DNA of 64,000 nucleotides, from assembly GCA_030390025.1 (NCBI GenBank), contig CM059432.1:113958001-114022000 (forward strand), read 5' to 3'. Every line of letters begins with the position of its first letter. Positions within the stretch are counted from its first letter, which is position 1. The translations under genes were made by a program, and so were the position numbers. The stretch is from Squalus acanthias. Its lineage: Eukaryota. A model generated the notes under the pieces. That model was not told where the DNA came from, searched no databases, and saw only the letters and a program-made list of their open reading frames with translations. Positions 51,166 through 63,698 of the stretch are shown one piece after another.

Positions 51166-51906
51166 GGGGTAAAATTTCAGTTGGTTGCGCCTCCCGTTAG
51201 CGCCTTAAGAGGGCGCTAATGGGGCACAAAGCCGCTAACGCCCGGGCGCAGCGATGTTTGCGCCGCTCCGGAACTTAACTAGACATTGTGCGGCGGCGCT
51301 AAACTTTACCGCTGCGACCACCTGCGCGCGCAGATTGTGACGTCATTCCATGGTGCAACGCCCTTGTGGCGCCCCAGAGCGGAAATTGAGTGGCGCCCCC
51401 TGCCTTACCGCCTGGCGCATCCAACGACCGGAAGACTGGAACGCTATCAATCGCTGTGGGGCTGGGGGGGGCGCTATTTAAAGGGGGCCTCTTCCTGTCT
51501 TTTTCTGTGGTTGACATTTTTGCACCACTCGTTCTGAGAGAGAGAGAGAGATTCGGAGAGAGAGAAAGAGAGACTTCTGCATTGGGTCAACGCTTTGTGA
51601 GGTAGTTTTGCCTACTGATCCTAACAGTTGGCCCCCCCCCGCTTTAAGAACTGGCCGGCGCCAGTGTGTCTGTGTTCCCTCGCTAACTGGCAGCACCTGC
51701 GCTGCGCTCACGCGCTGAGTTAGCGCCTCACTGCTCAGCCTTTGCGCCTTAAGACAGGTGTGCAGCGCCTGATTTAGTGCTCCACTCACCTCCCGGGGCG
51801 GTAAAAGTGAAGTTTCCAGTCAGTGGCGATAATTAGCGCCAGGCGCTAATATTTGCGTCCAGACGATATTTGCGCCCCAAACGGGGCGCGACCTAATTTT
51901 TCCCCC
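51166..51906 (-). mobile_element. Non-autonomous 741-bp derivative of the 15879-20851 Harbinger family, inserted in the Gypsy 5' LTR
   Basis: CTT TSD at 51163-51165 and 51907-51909; the 3' LTR shows the empty site. Arms match the reverse complement of about 20400-20851 and 15879-16145. Confidence 0.93.
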
Positions 51907-52066
51907 CTTATCTTTAAGGCAGGAGTGGGCGGGGCCTCAGGGTTTTTCCAGAGAATTCTGGGAGCAGTCTGTTCAGCCATTTTTGTACCATGCAGTTGAT
52001 TAAAAAGTCTCTTGTGTTCCACACATGGATTCAGCCTTAATTCGTGTTTCGCGGCAGCCTCAACAT

Positions 52067-52080
52067 TGGTGACCCCGACG
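52067..52080 (+). other. Primer binding site complementary to the tRNA-Trp 3' end
   Basis: TGGTGACCCCGACG, one base after the 5' LTR; complementary to ...CGUCGGGGUCACCA. Confidence 0.85.
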
Positions 52081-52105
52081 CTCAGAACGTATTCCGAGCA
52101 CTGCA

Positions 52106-55100
52106 ATGGCGGACACGAACGCACTTTCCGTGAAACTGCCGGAGTTTTGGGAAAACTAGCCCGAAGCCTGGTTTCTCCAAGCTGAATCTTGCTTCCGGCT
52201 GCAACGCATCACCACAGATGGGACGAAGTACGACTATCTCGTCACATCACTCGGTAGCGCCACAGTTTCGAAGGTTTGGACAACGCTGCAGAACCCACCA
52301 GAGGAAGGCAAGTACGCACATCTCAAGACAGCGCTCCTTAAAAAATTTACGGCCTCGGCATATCAGCGAAACTGCCACCTCCTCGACCTTCCAGGCCTCT
52401 GTGATGCCTCATCGTCAGACGTCCTCTCCCACATGCTGTCCCTCACCGACAAGAGCCCACCCGGATCCCTTTTCCGCACGCTGTCCATCCGCCAGCTCCC
52501 TCTCAGCATCTGCCCAGCGATCGTGGCGTCCGGCCTCACGAACCTGGAAGCCCTGGCCGATGAGGCCAACAAGCTGCTGTCCGCTCACTCCAGCCGCGAC
52601 GTCACTCTGGACCTGGCAGCCAATGCCTGGGCGCGCCCCTCACCGGCCAGCACGCGGCCACAAGGGCCTGCCACCAGGCCCACGGGGCCTTCACGCCCCA
52701 CTAACCCGGGCCACTGTTACTACCACGCACAGTTCGGCGCCAGGGCACAACGGTGCACACCTCCCTGCTCTTTCAAGTCCGCCCCCGTACCAGCCCCCGC
52801 GATGGCTGTGGGCCACGTGGGCTCCCTGCTGTTCATCACGGATGACAAAACCGGCCGCCGGTTCCTGTGCGACACTGGGGCTCAGCACAGCATCATCCCA
52901 GCCTCCTCCATCGATATCCAAAAGGGCGAACGAGGACCGGCGCTGGCTGCTGCTAACGGCTCGGAAATCCGGACGTATGGCACCCGGACAGTCACCCTCG
53001 ACCTCGCTGGTCGCCGCTACCTGATGGGAGTTCATCACTGCCAAGGTGCTCTCCCCTCTCATCGGCGCAGATTTCCTGTGCGCCCACGGCCTACTGGTAG
53101 ACATCCCTCGTCACTGCCTCGTGGACATGAACACCATGTCCCCCATCCTGGGCGCCATGGCCCCCCGTCAACCCGCCGACATGGCGTCACAGTGCCACGC
53201 CCGGGCCACGGATGACTACTCGGCACTCCTGGCCGAATTCCTGGCCCTTACCAATCTGACCTTCTCCGCGGAGGCCGCCAAACACGGGGTGGAACACTTC
53301 ATCCCCACCACAGGCCCCCCCTGTGTACGCCCACGCCCGCAGGCTGGACCCGACCAAACTGGAGATAGCGCGGACCGAGTTTGCCACCATGGAACAGCTC
53401 AGCATCATCTGCCGCTCCAACAGTCCCTGAGCCTCCCCACTCCACATCACCCCCAAACCAGGCGGAGGTTGGCGCCCCTGCGGGGATTACCGCCGCCTCA
53501 ACGACGCCACCACCCCTGATCGGTACCCCGTGCCGCACATTCAGGACTTCTCAGCTAGACTGGCCGGCCGCTCAGTCTTTTCCAAGGTCGACCTGGTGCG
53601 CGGCTACCACCAAGTCCCCGTCCACCCCGCGGACGTCCCCAAGACGGCCATAATCACCCCCTTCGGCCTGTTCGAGTTCCTGCGGATGCCCTTCGGCCTC
53701 AAAAACGCGGCCCAGGCATTCCAACAGCTCATGGACTCGGTCCTTCGGGACCTGAAGTTCCTGTTCGTCTACCTGGACGACATCCTGGTAGCCAGTTCCT
53801 CCAAGCAGGAACACCTCCAACACCTTCGCATCCTGTTCGGGCGCCTCAGCGACCACGGGCTCATCCTCAGCCCAGCCAAATGCCAGTTCGGCCTGGACAA
53901 GATCGACTTCCTCGGCCACCACATCACCCATGCTGGGGCCATTCCCCTGCCCACCAAGGTGCAGGCCGTCCAACAATTTCCCCGCCCCACCACCATCAAA
54001 GGCCTCCAGGAGTTCCTCGGGATGGTGAATTTCTATAACCGCTTCATCCCCAAAGCGGTGTCCCTCATGAGGCCCCTGTATGAAGCCCTCCGGGGCAAGA
54101 GCGGCAAGATGGCGGTCGAATGGACGGCAGACGCGTCCGCCGCCTTCGTCTCCACCAAGACCGCGCTCGCCAACGCCACCCTGCTCGCGCACCCACGGCC
54201 CAATGCCAGGGTAGCGCTCACCACGGACGCCTCCGACCATGCGGTCGGCGCCGTGTATGAGCAGTGGGTCGACGGCGCCTGGCAACCACTTGCCTTCTTC
54301 AGCCGCCAACTATGCCCCCCGGAGGTCAAGTACAGCACCTTCGACCGCGAGCTCCTCGCGCTGTTCCTGGCGGTCCGCCATTTCCGGTTTTTGCTTGAGG
54401 GCCACCCCTTCACTGCGTTTGTCGACCACAAGCCCCTGACATTCGCAATGGCAAAGACAACCGATCCCTGGTCCGCCAGGCAGCAGCGCCAGCTCGCGGC
54501 AGTGTCCGAGTTCACCACGGACATCCAACACGTCTCCGGCCGAGACAATGTGGTAGCCGACTGCCTCTCCCGCCCCGCCATCCATGCCGCACACCTGGCA
54601 GTCGACTACGCTCAACTCGCAGCAGACCAGATCACCGACCCTGATCTGCTCTCCGCACCCACCAACCTACCAGGGCTACGCCTGGCCGACGTCGCCTGTG
54701 GCCCGACCGCAGTCACGGTCAAGTGCGACATATCCCTATGTCAACCTCGGCCCGTCGTCCCAGCGTCCTGGCGCCGCCGGGTATTCGACATTCTCCACAA
54801 CCTCTCCCACCCGCACATCCATCAAATTGGTAGCCAACCGCTTCGTCTGGCGCGGCCTTCGCAAGGATGTGCGTACTTGGGCCAACTCCTGCCTAGCCTG
54901 CCAACGGGCCAAGGTACAGCAACACACGAAAGCACCCCTCGAGGAGTTTATCGTCCCCTCGCGGAGATTCGACCACATCCACGTGGACATCGTCGGGCCC
55001 CTGCCGCCATCGCAAGGCCACACGCACTTGCTGACGATCGTTGACCGCACCACGCGCTGGCCCGAGGCAATTCCACTGACCTCTACCACCACCGCCGACA

Positions 55101-56354
55101 TCGCCAGAGCCTTCGTCAGCACCTGGGTCGCACGGTTCGGCGGCCCCTCCGACATGACGTCGGACAGAGGTCTGCAATTTACCTCTGAACTCTGGACCGC
55201 CATCGCACGCAATCTCGGGGTGACCATTCATCGCACCACAGCGTACCACCCCCAAGCCAACGGACTGTGTGAGCGGTTCCACAGATCCTTGAAGGCATCT
55301 CTGCGAGCCAGCCTCCAGGACGGCGCCTGGACCGACCGACTTCCGTGGGTCCTCCTCGGCCTGCGCACCGCAGTTAAAGAAGAGCTCCACGCATCGGCAG
55401 CAGAGCTCATGTACGGTCAGCCGCTGCACGTACCCGGCGAGTTCCTGCCCACCGCCACGACACCCTGGTCAGCCGACCAGCAACGCCACGACTTCGCCTC
55501 ACCGGCGCTGCAGTTCGCCCCGGTGCCCATTGCCCGACACGGCGAATCCACCTCACACGTCCCACTAAGTCTGCACCAGGCACGGTTTGTTTTCGTCTGG
55601 CACGACGCCCACCGCGGACCCCTTCAACCCCCGTACGACGGGCCCTACAAGGTGCTACAGGCTGGGGACAAATTTTTCACCCTGCAAGTGGGCGACAGGA
55701 CCGAAAAAGTGTCGGTTAGAAACATAGAAACATAGAATCTAGGAGCAGGAGTAGGCCATTCGGCCCGTCGAGCCTGCTCCACCATTCAATACGATCATGG
55801 CTGATCATCCAAATCCAGTACCCTGTCCCTGCTTTAATCCCCACAGTACACATATCCCACCCTACCCCCATAACCCCACATATTTAATTCCCCCTAACAT
55901 ATCCCATCCTATACCCATAACCCCACATATTTAATCCCCCCCTAACACTAAGGGTCAATTTTATCATAGCCAAATCAACCTAACCCGCACATTTTTGGAC
56001 TGTGGGAGGAAACCGGAGCACCCGGAGGAAACCCACGCAGACACGGGGAGAATGTGCAAACTCCACACAGACAGTCACCCGAGGTCAGATTCGAACCCGG
56101 GTCCCTGGCGCTGTGAGGCACCAGTGCTAACCACTATGCCACCATGTTGCCCTTATGTTGACCGACTCAAGCCAGCACACTCGGAGCCCGGTGAGCAGGT
56201 CCCTGTAGCTCGTCCACCTCCACGCGGCCGACCTGCCCTCAAGCCGGTTCACCCGGCTGCTTCACGCCCGGCCGTTCCACGTCCACCGGCGTCCTACAAG
56301 AGCCGCTCCGGCCGGCCCATCAGACCGCTGCACCGTCTCGTCCACACCTCCTAA
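52106..56354 (+). pseudogene. Gypsy gag-pol with stops, frameshifts and a SINE insertion
   Basis: VKLPEFW..PEAWF, CYYHAQFGARAQRCTPPC, FLCDTGA, DLVRGYHQ, MPFGLKNA, YLDD, TDAS, HVDIVGP, SDRG, ERFHR and YDGPY. Confidence 0.92.
55718..56156 (-). mobile_element. HE1-like V-SINE with a long CR1-type tail, inserted in the Gypsy integrase
   Basis: Splits EKVSV|DRLKPAH; GTT is repeated at both junctions; (CTATGTTT)n tail. Confidence 0.88.
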
Positions 56355-57278
56355 GTGGATTCTGGGGGGAGCTGTGCGGCGGAACACCACCTAAACGGGC
56401 ATTATCCACTTTTCCATCCGTGGACAATATATCGATGCACCTTCCCTTTAAGGCACCTTACCTTTAAGGCAGGAGTGGGCGGGGCCTCAGGATTTTTCCA
56501 GAGAATTCTGGGAGCAGTCTGTTCAGCCATTTTTGTACCATGCAGTTGATTAAAAAGTCTCTTGTGTTCCACACATGGATTCAGCCTTAGTTCGTGTTTC
56601 GCGGCAGCCTCAACAAAGTAAGTGTTTCCTGTTGCTGGGATACATATAGATGCTACTGGTATTTTGGGAGTCCATATAGCACAAAACTACTGATATCACA
56701 CATGAATCTGTTCTGAAGGTGGAATTGTGGTATACAAGCATGCTATGGGGAGTCCACTCCCAAAAGAGGAGTCCTATAAAGTGGAACAGAGGAGAAGCAA
56801 AGAAGTCAAGTATGGTAGTCAGCTTATAGTGGAGAAGATTGGTGCACAGGGAGTGGATACTCAAACAGTATGGCATAAGGTCATTGGCAGTGCCAGAATG
56901 AATCTAGGAGGAGGCTGGAGAGTCCTCAAATATTGTATTATTCACCTTGGCCTGTACAATGTGAATATTGTACTCTGCTAGTGATATTCCTCCTTTCTGC
57001 TTACATCCCTAGTGGGCTATGAGGGCAATCCATCGTCAACATCATCATGTACAAATACACCAAAAATTGACCTGGCTGTTAATGAATCTGGGCTTTTGAT
57101 TGGCTGGAAGACCAATGAAAAAGGAAGTCTTAAAGCTTGCTCCCACCTCAAGAAGGAGAAAGAAAATTCATTACTGGAAGGGTTTAAAGTTTTTTGTTTC
57201 AATTTAAAAACAGTTAGAGAAAATAGGATAGGTTGGTTAGATTGGGAAAGTAAGGTTATTGTAATAATAAGATGTATT

Positions 57279-58477
57279 GGAGTAGAAATTCCTTTGTGTT
57301 TTGCCAAGTTTTTGAGTGCAAAATCGCCATTCCACTAACCAACTTGCAATGTCCCGCCTCCATATTGCTTAAGGTGCACATTAGGTGTCCTTGGTGGCCT
57401 CATTAAAATATTAGGACCCCTTTTGGAGTTTGGTGCCTGGCTGCATTTCATTTGCTCATTCGTGTGTCCATTCAGAAAAACATAGCAGCAACAGCTGACT
57501 GAAGCAACCATATTTAAAGTCATTTCAGGCTACTGGGGATTTTTGGAACCATTGTTCAGCTGTTTTGACTGAGTTTTAGCAGTTTTTCAGAGTACACAGC
57601 TATTGGAGAGTCACCTTTGGTTGCAGCTGCACTGTTTGTCTTCATTGAATCCGGGAGTACCGGAAAAGATGGGAATATTGCTGAGATTACCATTAAGGCT
57701 GCTACAGCAGCGGCAACAACAGAACAGACCTGTGGAGGGTCAACAAAGACAGCAAAGGCATTACAGCATGTGGGTCTTCTGTAATAACATTTCAGAGGAG
57801 CAGTGTATGAGGAGTAACAACAGAAAATGCTGGAAACACTCAGCAGGTCAGGCAGCATCGAGGAGAGAGAAACAGAGTCAACGTTTCGAGTCGGGGACCC
57901 TTCGTCAGAACAGTGTATGAGAAGGCTGCGCTTCAGCAGGCAGGCAGTAACATGTCACCTGCTACAACAGGAATTGGAGCCAAACACCGAGGCACACACA
58001 GCACTGCCTGTGGACATGAAGATTGTGGTGGCTCGCAACTTCTACACCACAGGCTCATTCCAGGCTGCAAGAGGTGACATCAGCAACATTAGTTGGTTTG
58101 CTGTCCATACAGCCATCAGCCAACTGACGGATGGCCTCTTCACATGGAAGACAGTAATACATCACCTTCCCAATGCAGGCTGCTGATCAGGAGCAGAGAG
58201 CTCCCGGATTTGCCCGCATCTTTGCATTTCCCCCGGTCACATTGGCTGCATGCACATGTGCCTGCCTTTAAATATTGTCAGGAAAGCCGGATATTCAAAC
58301 GCCCGATTAAGCGAGCTACCAATCGACAGTGAGACTAGAGCAGGCATCCCGCCTATTTCATGATAATGAGGGCCCCTGACCAATTTTATCTTTTAGTTCT
58401 GCTCACATGATGAGGTGCCCACCGCTGACACAGCTCTGATTCTGGGTTCAGAATCGGCCCGCACAAATTTCTACCCC
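57279..58477 (+). mobile_element. Deleted Harbinger derivative with a transposase N-terminal relic
   Basis: Ends GGAGTAGAAATT and (reverse complement) GGGGTAGAAATT; SEEQCMR|RLRFS..NFYTTGSFQAARGDI. Confidence 0.7.
57812..57910 (-). mobile_element. 99-bp Penelope-type mini-insertion with a hammerhead motif (57877-57911)
   Basis: 11-bp direct repeat CAGTGTATGAG at 57801-57811 and 57911-57921. Minus strand reads GTT-CTGACGA-A-GGGTC-CCC-GACTC-GAAA-CGT-T-GAC. Confidence 0.75.
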
Positions 58478-59222
58478 ATACATCGGGGATAAAAAGAGAC
58501 GACAGGATTGGCTGAATTTCCCTGTACCTGCTAGCATTGCAAAAAAATAACAGGCTAACTGGGTTCATTAGGTGAACTGGCCTTTTAATTCACTGCGAGA
58601 ATTATTTATAGCTATGCTAAACCCATATTGGAAAACAGCAAGTCGCAGTAATTTTATAAATGTAGCCTTAGCGCCGAGAGTGGTGCTTTCCACTTTTGGT
58701 AATTGAACAGTAAAACACCAACAGCAAGAATATCGAGCTCAGATAACCAAACTGCACAGAGGGGAGAATTGTTTGGAAAAGGAACAAAATAAAAGAATTA
58801 AGTTGGCAAGCACAAGCAGAATTGAGCAGGAGGGCTGACAATCAGTAAGCAAATCAATACATGAAAAGGAGCTTGAAGAAAGAACAACGTGCTCTATCAA
58901 TTTTAAAGCTGAAGATTTATTCATGGAAGGAAAATTGCACAGAGACCAAAACTACAACCAATGGAAAAGACAGTAGGAAGCAGTAGCCGCGGAATACTGG
59001 AACTGGATTGAATTCCAAAAGCAATCTTTGCCATTTCATTTCTTTTTGCAAATACACTCATTACCTCTTGTTAAATAAAATTATATTCATTTATTTGCAT
59101 GTTAACTGAAAGCCTGTCTCTAATATTGAGCATATAATGTAAAGGATATTCTGTTACCATAAAACATGTACTCTTACATTAATTTTAATAAAATAATATA
59201 TTGGAAGCCCTTACTAACATTT

Positions 59223-62200
59223 GGGGGAATTTTGACCCCCACGATGTGGCAGGAGAGGGGTGGGAAGTAAAAATAGCAGAAATCGGAAACCCAACCCCAA
59301 CTTGCCTCCAACAGTTTTAACTGAGGCGGAGATAGATATCTGAGCTACAGGGGAGTCAAGGGTTATGGGGAACAGGCAGAAAAGTGGAGTTGAGGCCAAG
59401 ATCAGATCAGCCATGATCTTATTGAATGGTGGAGCAGGCTCGAGGGGCCGAATGGCCGGCTCCTGCTCCTATTTCTTATGTTCTTTTAGGTTTGGGTGCA
59501 CGCGAGTAACCCCCTCTGGTAAGGCAGGCTACTGATTATAATATTTAAATGAGGCAGTTTTAAAGACAGTTTCATTGCAATTTAAATTTAATGGCTCCAG
59601 CATGGGTATCCCGGGGTTCGGGAAAGTCGCAATTAAAACGGAGGCGAGATTGATCAGCACTTCAAAAGTCAGGAGTACTGAGATTAATAAAGACAGAGTG
59701 CTCACAGCTGCTTTCTCAGTTCGCTCTAGGAAATGGTTTGGTGACAGTGACAAACTTATTTGTACAGTTTGAAGGTCTTCACACACAGAACATCCGGATG
59801 GGTGGTGCCATGGCTGCTTTAGATTGGAATTGTGATGAGGAAGACATTCAGCAGCAGCAGCAGTAAGGGTGTGCTGTGGCGGGAGCTGCAGGTGGACAAC
59901 AGAGAAAGGAGAAGCAGAGGGGTCGAGGTCGCAGGAGTCACGACCCATGTAACAGGGTGTACAGACAGAGGCTCATCTTCCTTGACCTCTCGGAAGAGCA
60001 GTGCTTGTCACGTCAGGTGGTCGCAGACATCTGCAGCCTCCTACAACAAGACCTGCTGGACCTGTTGGCCACACATTTCCAGTAGCTGTGAAAATCACCA
60101 CCACCGTCAACTTTTTTGCCTCTGGTTCCTTCCAGGGGGCTACTGGAGACATAACGAAGGTCTCCCCATCGGCTGCACATAAATGCATAACGCAGATGAC
60201 TGATGGATTGTTTGCCAGGGCTGGGAGCTATATAAGATTCATGTCCCTGGCTGACCTTCCACATGTGCAGGGTGCCATCGATAGCACACAAGTGGCAATC
60301 TGAGGACCTACAGATCAACCAGGGATATTCATCAACCGCATTTCATCCCATTAATGTGCAGCTGGTGTGCAACCACAAAAAAAAGGTTCATGCAGGTCTG
60401 CGCCAGATTCCCTGGGAGCTGCCATGATGCTTTCATCCTGTGTCAGTCCAACATCCCCGACCTGTGCGTCTCTGGATGTACCCCTGAGGGTGGCTGCTAG
60501 GCGACAAAGGATACCCCCTTCAAACCTGGCTGATGACACCTCTGAGGAACCCCACCAATGAACCCCAAGAGCGCTACAACGAAAGCCAAATGACAACCAA
60601 ATTGTAATTGAGCAAGCTATCGGCATGCTCAAGATGCGCTTCAGGTGCCTGGACTGGTCTGGAAGCGCCCTTCAGTACTTCCCATTGTGGGTCTCTAGGA
60701 TAATTGTTGTAGCCCCGCCATAGATTGCTCCACCTGCACCTGTGCAGGGGCAGACTCGGCCATCGAGAGAGGAGGCAGCATGTCGGGTATTGGCTGAGGG
60801 GGAGACAATGGGTAAAATGTGGGAGTGCTTTGAGTGGAGTTCCCACTTCCATGTCCCCTTTTACTATCATCCCTCTTCTGGGCCAGTGCCACATCACTTC
60901 TACCTCTCTGCCGAGGAGCAGCTTGGAGCAGATCAGTGGCACGCTGTAATGTCACCTTTTAAGGTGACAGACATGTTGGCATCCAAATTCTGCACGGCCC
61001 TGGTCATGACCTGCATGGACTCATTTGGTTGCCATGATTGAAGTTCCACGTAGGAGGCCACTCTGTCTATGAAAGAAGACATCCTCGCAATGCCCTGCGA
61101 CACCAGTCCACTAATGCTGAAGCTGGACTCCTCCATCCTCTCTGCTATTGTGGACAGTGTGCGTAGAAGGCCTGCCAGTACCTCACAGATTTGCTGCTGT
61201 CCCTCTATTATTATCCTTTACATTGATGGACCCCCGGGGTTCAGCATCTGTGTCCGGCTGAGCAGAACTTGGAGAGAGCTGCGCCCTACGATGCAGACTC
61301 TCCATAGCTGTCCCTGCCACCACTGCCTGCTCGTGCTCACTTGTGAACACTGTGACTCATCAGGTGAGATCCCGACTAACTGCCTAACTGCACCCATGGA
61401 AATGTGCATATCTGCGCTGGTGATAGTAAGCATGAGTCCTCTCATAGTCACCCTCACTGAATGCACTGCATCCATCGGGTGAACGCATGCCTTGCAGACT
61501 CTCCTAGGTCTTTTGTTTCCCCATTGCAGGAGAAGCGAGCGCAAAACACAAGGGCAAGGGAGAGAACTGGAGGTTGGGCCACCACACATAGTCCAGTTCA
61601 TATCATCAGAGGCGAGTACTGAAGGGCACCTCCAGACCTGTCCAGGCACCTGAAGCGTATCTTGAGCATGCCGATAGCTTGCTCGATAACACATCTAGTT
61701 GTCATATGGCTGTCGTTGTAACACTCCTGGGGTTCATTGGTGGGGTTCCTCAGAGGTGTACCATTAGAGGAATCAGCTCCTCTGAGGAATTGTCGTCCGG
61801 AAAGTCCACTGACTGCAATTGTACGCGTCAAGGGCCTGGAGGAGGGAAGAGATGGATATCAATTAGTACTGGCAATGTAAAAATATTGCTACTGAGCATA
61901 ATTAAGATTATCATATCTCACTCGTTACTGAAATCAAGTCAACATGACTGAGTCTTGTATGAGATGTGAGTTGGAAACATTTAATTATGTCACCAGGCAG
62001 CTCTCCATCTCTGACGGTCAGGGACGCAGATGTGCCACTGATCTCCATGGCCTCTTCCTCTGATGATATCAGCTGCACTGCGTGTGGTGGCCCACCTCCA
62101 GTTCTCTCCCTCTCCCTTGTGTTTTGTGCTCACTTCTCCTGCAACAAGGGAACGACAGACCTACGAGTGTCTTTAAGGCCCGTGTTCACCCGATGGATGC

Positions 62201-62874
62201 ATAAGGATTGGGATACGTGGCAGTGGTGGATGGATAAATGGGGAGGTGAGGAAGTGCACAGAAAGAGAATTCTTCAAACTTAAGTGGGTGTGAGGAGTGA
62301 TGTGATGGAGTGCGCTTGACAAGACAGAGTTGTGGGGGGGTGTGCACTCCAGGATGATTGTGAATCTGCAACTGTACTCACCTTTCCTGACCATTTCCTG
62401 CAATGAATCCAGGTACGGGGCACAATACTCCTGCTGCTGACCCCTCAGCCACCTCTAGCCACACCTGCTTCATGCCAGCAGCAGGTTTCTTCTTATGTTG
62501 CCGAGGAAGATTATCTTCTTCCTATTCCTCACTGCTCCCAGCCGTGCATCAAGCAAGGCGCATTAAAGCGGGTCGCAGCCGTTGAGCGTCCTGAGTCCAT
62601 CTTGTACGATTGCCGTCCCTATGCAAAACCTCCCAACTCTTCCAAGTTCCCTCTTTGAATTGGCCCTTTAAATACTCGAGTTGTGATCGCATCATGCAGG
62701 AGCACATCACGCCCGCTGACGCGTGTTGGAGACATGAAACCCGGGAAGTGAAATGATAATTAGGTATTCATGGTGAAATCGGACATTCCAACGCACCAAA
62801 ACTTCTACCGGGTTTCACACCCACTATCGCCCTAACCCCCGCTCACAACCCGACTCTGGGTTATTATTGGGCCC
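59223..62874. mobile_element. Degraded, rearranged Harbinger element
   Basis: Transposase relic on + (about 59830-60720; NFFASGSFQGATGDI, GAIDSTQVAI) and Myb relic on - (about 60760-62600). An opposite-orientation Harbinger fragment lies at about 61480-61830. Ends are uncertain. Confidence 0.7.
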
Positions 62875-63230
62875 AATTGTTTCTGAGTTCCTGAGACAAA
62901 TGAGGGGAAACTGACTGTTAAATATTAAGGTACGAATGCTTAATGAATTTGTATCAAATTCTGTTGTCTGCAACTTTAGAGGATGTGTTATCCCTACATA
63001 TGTGCTAAAATTGCACAGTGCAATATCATCCGAACAGGGTTTAAAGCTGGGGGAGAGGGGTGGGTAGTGTTAGAGAAAGAAGGGCAGGGGTATAATATTT
63101 GTCGAGAAAGAAACAGATCAAGAAAGAAGTACTGAAAGAAACAATGAGAAAGAAAGCTGGGTACCCAAGCAGCACAGTCTTTAGATTGTAATTAGGATGT
63201 TATAGCAGCTGCTGCTAAAGTTAACTTTTG

Positions 63231-63698
63231 TCAGTTGTGGCTCGGTGGGCAGCTCTCCCACCTCTGAGTCAGAAGGTTGTGGGTTCACAATCCTACTCCA
63301 GAGACTTGAGCACAAAAATCTAGGCTGACACTCCAGTGCAGTGCTGAGGGAGTATTGCACTGTCGGAGGTGCCATCTTTCGGATGAGGTGTTAAACCGAG
63401 GCCCTGTCTGCTCTCCCAGTTGGTTGTAAAAGATCCCATGGCACTGTTTTGAAGAAATGCAGGGGATTTATCCCCGGTGTCCTGGCCAATATTTTTCCCT
63501 CAATCAACATCACTAAAAAACAGAGTATCTGGTCATTATCACATTGCTGTTTGTGGGACCTTGCTGTGCGCAAATTGGCAGCCACGTTTCCCACATTACA
63601 ACAGTGACTACACTTCAAAAAGTACTTCATTGGCTGTAAAGCGCGCGGGACGTCCAGTGGTCGTGAAAGGCGCTATAGAAATGCAAGTCTTTCTTTTT
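63231..63698 (+). mobile_element. Full-length Deu-domain SINE (SacSINE1-like)
   Basis: tRNA-like head, Deu core and GGCGCTATAGAAATGCAAGT tail. Confidence 0.85.

Larger units (their letters stand above)
51081..56615 (+). mobile_element. Ty3/Gypsy LTR retrotransposon, CsRn1-like, full-length but mutated
   Basis: 241-bp TG..CA LTRs (51081-52065 with an insertion; 56375-56615) and AAGT TSD. PBS 52067-52080; G-rich PPT before 56375. Gag, protease (DTGA), RT (YLDD), RNase H and integrase in Gypsy order. Confidence 0.95.

Noticed and set aside
53572..55429. Long minus-strand ORFs (up to 245 aa)
   Set aside because: Antisense shadows of GC-rich Gypsy pol with no recognisable motifs. Antisense ORFs over CR1, L2 and Penelope were dismissed likewise.
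56616..57278. Exons of a neighbouring gene such as RIMS2
   Set aside because: No recognisable protein similarity or convincing exon structure.
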